Positions 9,600 through 20,040 of a DNA stretch of 64,000 nt are shown piece by piece. The position numbers were made by a program, and so were the translations under genes. Origin of the DNA: Amphiscolops sp. MND2022. Taxonomy: Eukaryota. Under the pieces are notes generated by a model. It did not search any database. It had not been told where the DNA came from and saw only the letters and a list, made by a program, of their open reading frames with translations. The stretch spans positions 40,176,001 through 40,240,000 of the forward strand of contig OZ076410.1 of NCBI GenBank assembly GCA_964187785.1. The letters run 5' to 3'. The stretch's first letter is position 1; the number at the start of each line of letters is the position of its first letter.

Positions 9600-12229
9600 A
9601 TCTACATTAAATCGAGGTGTCTTGACAAATTTGGCTCTTTTTGTGAAGTACTCCCATTTTAGTTGTTTTTTTAATGGTGCTTCATCTGCGATGATGTGAC
9701 TCCACTGATGGTGGTGTTTTCTGGGGAGTATCCGTCTAATGTCTTTTCCGCCGAATCTGTGTGGGTGTTGTGTGGATGGAATTGGCGGGACTTCTTCTGT
9801 AAACGAGAGCGGAAACGTGAGTTGTTGTTGGTCTGGTGTTGTTGAGGAGGGTGATGTTGTAGTTTGTCGTGTAGGAGGAGAAGGAACTGTTGAATCTGGA
9901 GGGTCTATTAGGAAGTTGATTGTTGTGGGTGATACTGGGGACAGCAGCAGGTCCGACGGGGATAATGGCTCAATTTCTAAATCGTCATCTAGGTTGTCGT
10001 TAGGGTTGTCGTCGTCCAGGTTTGGTAGGTCGAATATTGAGTCTCATTGCTAAAAGTAAGATAATTAGTGAGAAAGTTTTTTCTTTAAATTGGAGCTACG
10101 AAGCGCTGTACTGAGGGGTATAATGATTTCTCTTTTTGTCTCAGGTTTTGAAGTTCTACCTCTTTTATTTCGTTTTCCGTTTTTGTTCTTTGTTCGATGC
10201 TATCCTCAATAGGGGCCGCGGGGTGAATACGGAAGTTAAAACGGAGGTTAAAAAGAGATTGTACGAAGCACTGAGCAAAGTTTTAGTGAAGCTCAGGGTA
10301 TCACCAGTAAGGTGACGAAGTTCGAAATAGCGGAAGACTAGGACCGTGATATCTATAACGAATTTAATAAAGAGAAAAGCGCCGAAATATGCGCCGCAGA
10401 GTTCGAGGACATACGATATACTTCCGAATGTTTCTAAGAATTGGTTTTTGAAGTAGTCGGGTGATATCATACCGTCAACGTAAAAATCTGTACGGGGAGC
10501 GTATAACCCAAATGATTCGGGTCCGCTATGGGCCATGGAAGGGATGATGAGCTCTCGTGAAAACTTCTGGAGGGCATTTCGTGAAGCTGCGCTGATGAGG
10601 ATGTTAACCCAAGTTTCCGAGAGTTGTTTCGGCGTGTACATTCCTGCGTCTTGTGATCCAGCAAAGGATCTAGTGATCATTGGTTGATTGTCCTTGGGGC
10701 CGAAGATAGCAGGTCGGTCGCGATGTTCGGGTGAAGGAGTAAGGGTAAACCAGGAGTCTTTGTCTTCCATGTCCAGTTGAAAGAGGTTTTTAATGCGATC
10801 GCTGCAATTTTGCACGTTCGCGTTAGGATAGGTCTGTCGGGTGATGGGGTCCACGAAGGCAACCACTCCTTTGTAGAAGATGGGTATGCGGTCGTAGCAT
10901 TGGTTCATCGTGTGAAGAGGTGAGTGGGGTTCCGGGCAGTGGTAGAGCCATGCTAGGCTACCATCCGTATTAAGGAACATTGAGCGATTTCACGTGAGCA
11001 TGTATCCGGCGAGTCGTGGGTTTTCCATGGATAACATCAAGATAGTGAGGATTTGTGTTCGTTCTTGTTCACATTGAGCTTTCAATAGTTGGATTTCTGA
11101 AGCTTCGAGTAAGCGGGTGCTCTCAAAAAAGAGATAATCTAACTTCGTTCCTTGGTGGAGCCTGTAATCCATGTTGAGATAATGTGGTGTATTAGGGTTA
11201 GAGTCGCTGGGTCCTCTGAAGAGGTGGAGTCGGCCATTACCAGAACCGTCGTCAGGTGAGTAATATTGAAGTTTAGATGTCTCGCCCATGAAGATGCCGA
11301 GTCTTCTGCCGAAGGTCATGTCGAAGCCACCAAGTTGGATTGAAACGTACAGGGATTCGTAGTTGGTCGTGTATACATCGTCGGGTTTGTTGCAGTACGT
11401 TTGTGGTCTGTTGTAGACCTCGAATAAAAATTTGGTAGTCGAATCGTTGCCGCTAACAATATAGTAGTTAGATCCGTGTTTGATCATGTTCACCATTTCC
11501 TTTCTGTGTTCTGCAAGCACGCAATTATCGGTTTCTGCCCATGTGTATGCGTAGGCGTCCAGTGACGCCGTTTCACAACCAAGTTGCTCCAAAGGACAGG
11601 GAAGGACCATTTGAAACGGTGTGAGGACCTTTCCATCTCGGGTTTTGACGGATAATTCAGCGTCTTGAATGTGAGACTCGAAAGTTTCGCGTTTGATCCA
11701 TCCTCCTGTTTTGCACTCGTTGCGGGTATCAGCGTCGCGTACTCCGTCCCAACTTTTTCCGTATTTGGCGTTTCTCGTCTGTACTTGTTTCACTCCTTTC
11801 TTAAATCTGAGGACTTGTCAATGGATTATGACTTCTTTTCCCTCACCCATTGCCTTACAGGTTTCCGGGGGACAAGGAAAGATCGCTGGTGATTCCGTTG
11901 TGTAGGATTGACATACTGGAGTGGTCGTGACGACCACAATGCCATTCTTCACTCTGGTGTTTCACACGGCACATAGTGGCGTTGATAGCGCGGCGAAAAT
12001 GTTTAGTGTATAACGTTACGCTAGCACGACTTATTTCTAAGTTTTTTGGGGCCACATTAAATTGCTCTACTTGATTCAATGCGTAGAGCTTATTTTGGGT
12101 CATTTCGCGGCAGTCGAAATTAGTAACTCGCAATTTTTTAGCAACGCTAGCGAGGTTCGGCGTTGGACGTTGTGAGATCACAACGGGCGCGTAATAGGCG
12201 CATAACAAGAGTAGGAAAAGTAGTTTCAT
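9600..12229 (-). pseudogene. env: Envelope glycoprotein, gB/chuvirus-like (class III fusion type), fragmented
   Basis: Signal peptide MKLLFLLLLCAYYAPVVISQ; 'FDC...L..V..(C)' start and 'C...HC' pattern; Cys-rich ectodomain; TM segment 'VLELCGAYFGAFLFIKFVIDITVLVF'; long Pro/Ser/Thr/Asp-rich tail. Pieces 11855-12229, 10990-11793 and 10165-10980 are separated by one frameshift and one TGA. Confidence 0.85.
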
Positions 12230-12310
12230 TTTTGAAATTTTTCAGTCTGTTTTTCAATCAACCGCGTAATTGTTCCTTTTTAGAGAAAAAGTTTTAGTGT
12301 TTAGTATAGA

Positions 12311-12750
12311 CCGTAAAGAGGCAAGCTGTAATATCAAACCGGCAGCTTAGCTGGCATGACGCTAAGTGGAGGTTAAAATTTTATAGTAGTAACCTCACTA
12401 CTGTCAAAACGTGCCGAGGGGAACGATAAGTATAATTTTTTCTGTTATTTTGTTTCAGAGATGTGGATCCGTAATAAGGCCGTAAAAAGGCAAGTCGTAA
12501 TATCAAACCGACAGCTTAGTGGGCACTAGCACTAAGCGGAGGTTGAAATTTTATAGTAGTTACCTCACTACTGTTAAAAAGTGCCGAAAAGTATGTTAAT
12601 TATTGTAGTGTCTTTATGTTGCGTATTTGGGGATCCGTCGTAAGGCCGTAAAAAGGCAAGCCGTAATATCAAACCGGCAGCTTAGTGGGCAATAGCACTA
12701 AGCGGAGGTTAAAGTTTCATAGTAATAACCTCACTACTGTTAAAAAGTGC
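12311..12750 (-). ncRNA. Three tandem ~167-nt structured RNA units (pseudoknot + two hairpins) upstream of env
   Basis: Copies at 12311-12416, 12480-12586 and 12646-12750 have conserved stems with compensatory changes between copies (see findings). Confidence 0.6.
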
Positions 12751-12796
12751 AAAAATAGAAGTTTGAAAGAGACTAACTTCAACTATTGCTGAAGGT

Positions 12797-13141
12797 TCAA
12801 TTGTAGTTGTCAAGGATTGATTGGAGACTGGGAGAGGGTTTGTTTCGTCTTCGCGTATCCAAAAATTCGATAAGTTTGGTGAGAAGGAAAAGTGTTAGAG
12901 GGTGGATATGATTTAGGTATGCTATTTGTCTGTATTCCTTGAGGGACTGTGCGAGATCGGCAGCTTCTTGTGAGTCAATGTCTACCGGGATGAGCCAGTG
13001 GCCTGGTTGGTGTGGTCGAAGACTATGGATTTCGATTTGGACCACTGCGGCGCTGTCTTTCCAAGCGATAGAGAGGATTTCTTGGAGAGTGTTCGTTTCC
13101 GGGTGGCGCCAGAGAAATTTGAGTTGAATCTTAAACATCAT
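12797..13141 (-). CDS. Accessory ORF C of element 1, 114 aa, unknown function
   Basis: Intact ATG-stop ORF whose start overlaps the previous ORF's stop by 11 nt. Confidence 0.65.
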   Translation of the reverse strand: MMFKIQLKFLWRHPETNTLQEILSIAWKDSAAVVQIEIHSLRPHQPGHWLIPVDIDSQEAADLAQSLKEYRQIAYLNHIHPLTLFLLTKLIEFLDTRRRNKPSPSLQSILDNYN

Positions 13142-13526
13142 AGGGGTCGACTAGGCTGTGAAGGTATTCGATTTTAACTTCTTCCTCGAAGGGGTTGGAT
13201 GTGAGAGTGATGTCCATAAAATAAACCAAGTCGTCGAAAGCCTTGTCTTTGAGGACGGCGGGGTGCTGGAGTATGTATTGTTTGAACGAAAGGAACCAGT
13301 AGGCGTATTCCTTGGATCCGAAGTGGATAGGGAAGAGTACTAGAGCTTCTTTGTCTTCTGGTGTGAGAATACGAACTTGAATCGCTGAGGTAGTGATCTC
13401 GTAGAAGGTTGACTGTATTTCGTATTGTCCCTTAAGTTGGTTGGGAGTCCAAGGGACCGGAGGTTGAAATTGAGTGTGGAAGTAAAAGTTGTTTCCGCGA
13501 AAGACAGCCACAGCGGGAGAGGACAT
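13131..13526 (-). CDS. Accessory ORF B of element 1, 131 aa, unknown function
   Basis: Intact ORF; its ATG overlaps the upstream stop in TAATG. Confidence 0.68.
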   Translation of the reverse strand: MSSPAVAVFRGNNFYFHTQFQPPVPWTPNQLKGQYEIQSTFYEITTSAIQVRILTPEDKEALVLFPIHFGSKEYAYWFLSFKQYILQHPAVLKDKAFDDLVYFMDITLTSNPFEEEVKIEYLHSLVDPYDV

Positions 13527-13768
13527 TAGATGACAGACTTGGCTCTAGTAGAGACGTCTGTAGGTGTGTTATTATATAGCAAGCTTTCCAGAAAAGGGTA
13601 GATAGGTGATGCGGGTACACACGTGTAGGTTTCACTTTCTTCTTCTACAATTGCGTAGGCTTGAATGATGATGTTCTGCGTTGAGGGTTCCTTCTGGATA
13701 TCTGTGATTTGTGAGAGACGGTTGTCAATTTTGAAGAATATGATCATCTGTGGGTGGTGTGGAGTCAA
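13526..13768 (-). CDS. Accessory ORF A of element 1, 80 aa, unknown function
   Basis: First ORF of a stop-start coupled chain of three. Confidence 0.55.
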   Translation of the reverse strand: MTPHHPQMIIFFKIDNRLSQITDIQKEPSTQNIIIQAYAIVEEESETYTCVPASPIYPFLESLLYNNTPTDVSTRAKSVI

Positions 13769-14175
13769 TCACTGGCATTCATAAATCATAGCAAATCGGA
13801 GAATGGAATCATCAGTTATTTCATTGCTTTTGGGAGTCGAAAAAGGTCTATCTCTGCCCAGGCGGAGAGAGTAGAGAGTAAGAAAAACGAAATCTTAAAT
13901 GTATTAATTTAGTTACATTAAATAGGATAAACAGATGTAGATATTGATATACTGCACTATGTCTACTGGTTCTAGCCTGAAGTTTGATGGGCCAAATGAT
14001 CCGCGTGTGCTTGTCAGACTTTGGGTAGGGAGTGGTAGGCGTATATTCATTTCTTTGTAGCAGTATCGTTTGATAGAAAGAAATTGGAGTCGATCTTGAC
14101 TGGTCTGAGGATTATCCTCGGCCAGGAGGATTTTAATGTCTCATCTAATCTGTCTTTCTGTTGTAATATCAAAAG

Positions 14176-14880
14176 ATGGGAAGTCAGGAGAATTACGAAG
14201 ATGAGCGGGAGTTCGTGCGAGAGGAAGTTATCCTGGAGGGAACATTAGAAGAGGGGGTCGTCATCACTTATTCGGAGGGTGATGATTATTATGAAGAGCC
14301 CTCTTCGTCTTCGTCCTCCGAGTACCTGCCATCGGATGTGGAAGGCCTCGTGGGCGAGTTTGTCGAGCCACCTCTGGAGCCAGAGCCTGAGGCAGGCCCC
14401 AGCGGGCCAGATACATCGCGGCCAGTGGCTGTAGTACATCCTGAAGGACGTAATGTATCCCCCGTCCCTTCGTCTAGTAAAGGGGGTGATCCGGAAGATT
14501 TCGAGGATATGGGCAATCCCCTGTTGGAGTCCTTTAGAGGAATATTTAATCGAAATGATTTGGATATCCTTCAGTCGTGGATCCTGAATACCCGGGCATC
14601 ACTGGGTACGGAGGGGTTTGTGGTACCACATGCACCTGTTCTGCTCGCGTTCGCTAGCTTCCTTGAGGTAGATATCGGCCACACGTGGGAGGAGGTGCTG
14701 CTGTCTCAGTCGGTCGAAGTGCACCTTGCTAGGCTTTCAGCCTATATTAGTGGATGGTCAAGAATGACCATGTTCCAGCGGTTACAGTGGGAGCGAGTGT
14801 ACCAGTATTGGACTCCGGAGTCTCGGCGGGAGCAGCTCCGTTTGTTGGCGGAGAGCGGCGGGTTCCTCGTCGTGGAGTAG
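14176..14880 (+). CDS. Antisense accessory ORF of element 1, 234 aa, acidic N-terminus and helical C-terminus
   Basis: Intact 705-nt ATG ORF (AAGATGG context) opposite to gag-pol; it mostly does not overlap a long sense ORF, so it is not a shadow frame. Confidence 0.72.
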   Translation: MGSQENYEDEREFVREEVILEGTLEEGVVITYSEGDDYYEEPSSSSSSEYLPSDVEGLVGEFVEPPLEPEPEAGPSGPDTSRPVAVVHPEGRNVSPVPSSSKGGDPEDFEDMGNPLLESFRGIFNRNDLDILQSWILNTRASLGTEGFVVPHAPVLLAFASFLEVDIGHTWEEVLLSQSVEVHLARLSAYISGWSRMTMFQRLQWERVYQYWTPESRREQLRLLAESGGFLVVE

Positions 14881-15448
14881 GCCCGTTTTGGGCTACTCCA
14901 CCTCCAATACCGCTATTTTTATACGCTTCTTGTCTCTGTGGCCCTTTTGAGTAAGGCTGTTTTCGGGATTGCACAAATAATATCGATAAATATAAGCAAA
15001 TAATGGTAATACTTTTCTGATAGGTTAAATTCGCCGGCTGGAGCTTGGTGAGGAGATAGTAGAGCAGCAAAATAGGGGCCTTTTGAGTATTAGGTGGGGA
15101 AGGTTGTAGGTCAGGTATTAGGGTAGGCGTGTAGGCTAGGAGTTCTTCTAGGATAGGGTCATGGTGTGTGACGGCGAAGTATGCTAGGTGTTGATATAGG
15201 AGAGCAAAGGTCTTGGATTCCGGGCGTATAGGTATGTTTGATTTGCGGGGCGTAGGTTGTTTATGATGGCTAGGGTCTGGGTCTTCAGAGTAGAAGCAAA
15301 ATCTAACTATCTTGTTTTTGTAGGTCCAGTAGATTTTGGTAATTGTTACTTGAAGAATGCCTAAGGACTGAAGTTCTCGCGGAACTTGCCAAGGCAAATT
15401 TAGATAAACTTTATGGCATGGCATGATAAGGTTATTCTTTGTATCCAA
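14747..15448 (-). CDS. Accessory ORF downstream of pol, 233 aa, unknown function
   Basis: Intact ORF starting at the end of the pol region; its 3' end overlaps the antisense ORF by 134 nt. Confidence 0.6.
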   Translation of the reverse strand: MDTKNNLIMPCHKVYLNLPWQVPRELQSLGILQVTITKIYWTYKNKIVRFCFYSEDPDPSHHKQPTPRKSNIPIRPESKTFALLYQHLAYFAVTHHDPILEELLAYTPTLIPDLQPSPPNTQKAPILLLYYLLTKLQPANLTYQKSITIICLYLSILFVQSRKQPYSKGPQRQEAYKNSGIGGGVAQNGPTPRRGTRRSPPTNGAAPAETPESNTGTLAPTVTAGTWSFLTIH

Positions 15449-18400
15449 TTCGAGTTCTTTCGCGAAGGATGGATTGTTGTGCAGGTTGATTGGGCTGTGC
15501 GCGTTGATAGCGTGGATTTCTTTCTAAGTGACGGGCGACTGCTCTCCTTAGTTCTTGCAAGGGAGTTGGCGATTTGGTCAAAGATGCTGGGGTGTTAGTT
15601 GGGGGTGCTGGAGTCGGTTGACGTTGTGTCAACGTCAGGATAGGGGTTGTGGTGTCTCGAGGATGTGAGGTCGAAGGCTGATCGTGAGTCTTTGGGGTTG
15701 CCAACAATTGATTTTCTGGAGAGATGATACCAGAGTCTCTGATCTGGGGGGTTTGCGTTCTTTTGCGGGCAAGTATTTGGTCTCGTTGGTTCCGAACCGG
15801 CAATATGCAGAGATCTCAAAGCGTTTGTGGTTCTGAAACATTAAGTTGTTCAATTCGTCCCTTGACAAGATTGTTATAAAAGTCCGTGTCTCCACGGTGG
15901 GGAGTTGTGTATTCTTCGATAAGAGGGGGGAGTGTTTCCTCTTTAGGAAAGTATTCTATTAGATGATTCCTATGTACAGTTCGGAGATTCTCAGGGTTTT
16001 GATCTTCTGTTATTTGGTAGGTTGTATTGGTAATTCTTTTGGTAACCGTAAAGGGTCCTAGTCGCAGTTTTCGGCTTTTGGAGAGATCTTTTCGGTGGTT
16101 TTCTAGCAGAACCTTTTGTCCTATGTTGAGGTGGTTTCCAAGTTTAAATCTGTTTCTGTAGGCGTGTGAGCGAGCTGTTTGTTATCTGCACTTTTCGTAT
16201 ATGGATGAGTAGATCTTTTTGAAGGCGGTTTCTCGGTCCAGCAAGCTTTGTGATATTTGTGGCCTTAATAGTCCATTTAGTAGTTCGTTTTTGACTTGGT
16301 TTTCGCTATGGCAATGGGGAGGTAATCCGTTACAAAACTGTGATCTGCAGTTCTTGATTTTGTTCCTATAGAGTCCTAGCTTAAGACTCATAGGTATTTG
16401 CGGCTTGTTGCAGAACACTATTTCGTAGGGGGTCTTTCCGGTTCTGTAGTTGACGCTTGTGTTGTGGGCAAATGCAAATTTAGCAGCTAGTTGGGCCCAG
16501 TTGTTTCCTGATTCGTTTATGAAGTTTCTCCAGTACCTTGCAATGTGTTGGTTTTGAGTTTCGACTTTGCCATTTGTCCAGGGTGAGTGTGCAGTTCTTG
16601 GTCGAAGAGTAATGCCAAACTCTTTCGTCCAATTGACGAATCCAGTGTTCACGAAGGCTGTTCCTCTATCATGTATGATAGATTGGGGGATGCCATAATG
16701 CATAATCCATTTTTCCATAGCGTTGATTGTAGATTGTGCTCCGGTATCTCTAACCGGGTATGCCATCAAATAACGTGAGAATGCGTCAATAATGGGGAGG
16801 CAATGTGAATTTCCGCGACTAGGAGGGTTGAGTGGTCCCTTGTGATCGATATGAACCGTTCTGAACACCTGGGTCTCGGTTTCACAGTCTTCCAGAGGGA
16901 CTTCGTTATTTCTTCGTTGTTTAGATTTGTTAGATTGACAGCTAACACAATCTTGCGTGAGGGCACAGATCCAGTCGTGCATTCCAGGCCAGTAGTAGAA
17001 TCGTTTAGCATTTAGGTAGGTTTTTTCAGCTCCCATGTGGCCGCCCAGGTCGTTGTAATGTCCCATTCGGAAGCAGGCTAGAAATAGGGAGAGAGGTAGG
17101 CAGATTCTCAGGTTTTCGTCTGCCGTGTCGTCCGTTGGCTCGTTGTAACAGAGGAGGTTTCCTTGTTCTTCTATAGTTAGTCTGTCGAACTCCTGAAAGT
17201 AGCGCATGAGGCCCTTCGAGTGTTGTAACTCTGGTGACTTTGGCGTAGGCTTGTTTCCTGCCTTCATCCATTGTCGAACCGCACTGAGGACTGGGTCATT
17301 AATTTGTTCTTGTAAGATCGTTGTGACATTGAGTTCTGCTTCTCTGGATACTTTATCAAGTTGCTTGATGAATTCTTGTGCTGGCATCCTTTGTTTACCC
17401 GTTGTTGTTTTGGGGGTCTCGAGATTTTCTATCGTTTTGTCTTTTTTCGACGTACACGGGCTAGGTGCTATGAGGTCTGTATTTAAGTCGTAATTGATTT
17501 CGTTCACTTCTTGTGGTTCGTCTTCTGTGAGGGCTTCATCGTCAGCGTCGCTGTTGACAGAGCTGTAAGTGTTTTGTGATATATCGGAAGTGCTTCCTCT
17601 CGTGCCCGATCTGATTCGTAGCTCTTCGTATTTTCCAATTTCCTTTCCGGCGTCAAAACAACTTTGTGCTGTTTCTATTTTCGGGAGGTTAGGTTCCTCG
17701 TAGATATTGTTGACTCTGAAATTATTTCCATCGTTTTGTAGGTGGAGTATTTTCCGTTCTTCCCCCTTTTCGTATAAGATAGGATAGAAGTCATTTTTTG
17801 AAGTCTCTTCGTTTTCCTCGTGTTCGATCTTGTAATGAACTTGTGTCCCGTGCTCGTCGAAGAAGTGTATGTCGTTGGGTAAGATCTTGTGGCTGAGTTG
17901 ATGCTTCTTATGTTCCTCTATGGAGACGTTTCGGCTGAGTATATCAGGGAAGGCTAAGTTGCTTACCGGCGTCCATATTATCTTTAGATTCGGGAATTTG
18001 GATATAATCACTTGGTACCTGAAGAAGCGCGGTGAGACTTGTCCTTTTCGCCCCCAGAGATATAGAATCGGTTTATGGTCACAATACAAGTAAATCGGGA
18101 AAGGCGATCCGATGATGTAGTGCTCATAGGTTTGAAGAGCTGAAACTGTACCGCATAGTTCTCTATGTAATGTGGACATCTTTTGTTCTTCTTTTGCAAA
18201 AACTCGAGAAGTGAAAGAAATAATCCGTTTTCCTTCGGGGAAATGTTGTATTAGAATGCATCCGGTTCCTACGTTGGACGAATCGACGTGTATGTGGAAA
18301 GGGTACTTTGTTGAGGGTACAGCAAGGACTGTGTCCTCGCTTATTCTCTTCTTGATTTCCTGAAAGAGGTCTTCGTCCGCTTGTTTCCAACAGAAGTTCG

Positions 18401-19609
18401 TATCTTTCTTGGTCAGTTCGTAGAATGGTCGACTATCTACGTGAAGATCCTTGATGTAGCAGCTATAAAATCTTAGAGCCCCTAGGAAGATTTTTACTTC
18501 CGTTTTTGTTTTTGGCGATTTGAGATCGTGAAGATCCCTGACTCGTTTAGCCACAGGTTGTATTCCTTCAGCTGCTATCACATGTCCCAAGAACTTGACT
18601 TTTCTTGCGAAAAAGAGTGTTTTGTCAGGCGCGGCCTTGAGTCCTGCCTTCCGTAATAATTGGTGGTATTCTTGGATCACTGTGAACATTTCTTGTTTGT
18701 TTTTGGCCTGCATCAACGTGTCATCGATGTAGGTAATCGCTTGTTTCTTTTTGATTAGCGGTTCGAAGTGGATAGTCATCATACGACTGAAGAAACTTGG
18801 TATTCTTTTAAATCCGTAGAATCCTCTGGTAAATGTATATTGTTTGCCGCCAATTATGAAGCTAGTGAGTTTCTGTGTGGGCTCGTCTAGTGGAACTTGG
18901 TGAAAAGCGCAAGAGAGGTCACTTACTGAGAAGATTTTCCCGTTGATGTGCGTCATTATGGTTTGTATTGGTTCCAAGGGCCAGGAGTAATTTGTTAGAT
19001 CGGTAACTGAATTCAGGTACCTTGCGTCTATAATCAGCTTGACGTAACCGTGTTTTGGTTGTAGGATGATAGGATTTACGAATAAGGATCCCATTTCGTC
19101 GTCATCTCCCATCTCTCGAATGATGTCTGCCTCTTTGAGTTGTGTTAGTAGTTTTTCTAACTTCTCCCGTAGGTGTAATGGTACCTTACTAGGTCTCTGT
19201 CTCTTCAAAATAGCTCCCTGTTCCAGTTTAATGTTGAATTTCTGACGAGTTTTCCCGACGTCGAACTTGTGTTGTGAGTATACATCCCTAGCATCCATTA
19301 GTAGGTCTATTAGTAGAACCAGTTCTTCATCTGTGAGGTCTGAGTAGCGAAAGTCGAATTCTTTGATGTATTGAACTGCTTCTTTGTTCTGATATTGGAG
19401 ATAGTATTCGATGAGTCGTTCGTTGTCTTCCTTGGGCCTAAATATCTTGAATTGGTCGTCGCAAGGTGGTTGACAAGACTTCGCGTCGTTTGTAAAGTCG
19501 GTTTCCTGTGCTTCAAGTGAAATTCTTCTGAGAACTGTTGTATTTCGTCTTCTAGTGCGTATTCGGGGTCTCCTCTGGTTGTCATGGCGTAAACATCTAG
19601 TTCGTTTCT

Positions 19610-20040
19610 TGTATAAATTCGGAGTTGTATTTCTGAGTAGGCGAAAACGTCTTGAATAATTTGTGTAACGTCTTGCCATTGGAAGTCTTCTAGTTCTGAG
19701 GCTTCCCGTAACATCGAGACTGCCTTGATACTATTCATTTTGGCCTGTGCTTTTAGTGTCTCCAGCGATTGGACTAAGATTTGTGGGTCAATTTTGTCTT
19801 TCGATTTAGTTTTTGTGATTAGTACGTATATAAATCGTTTTAGGGTCATGTCCCAGTAGAGTATTGTATCTCCTTTTTGTGGTTTTTGTTTTGCGCAGGA
19901 GTCTTTTAGTGAGGGTATGTTCGTTAGAATTTCTTTAGAGAAGCCTTTGGCTGGTTTTAGATCAACCGGGACAAAGATGATGATAGAATCTGGTCTGCTA
20001 AGTATTGTTGTAGAATTTCCTGCTTCTATTCTGAGGCAAT
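19610..20040 (-). other. TARG1/OARD1(Poa1p)-like macro domain embedded in pol
   Basis: 'LRIEAGN...DSIIIFVPVDL...GDT...RFIYVLITK...ILVQSLETLKAQAKMNSIKAVSMLR...LEDFQWQDVTQIIQDVFAYSEIQLRIY' aligns by eye along its full length with TARG1 '...DSLAHCISEDC...RYIYYLITK...LQKSLEAMK...[26 protein letters not shown]...I.ITVY'. Confidence 0.82.

Noticed and set aside
12311-12750. Structured repeats as known self-cleaving ribozymes or tRNAs
   Set aside because: I found no hammerhead CUGANGA/GAAA core, twister, HDV-like or cloverleaf consensus on either strand.
16182-19679. RT as a retron, DGR or group II intron enzyme
   Set aside because: The YIDD RT is followed by RNase H and a DDE integrase between LTRs, which is standard Ty3/Gypsy.
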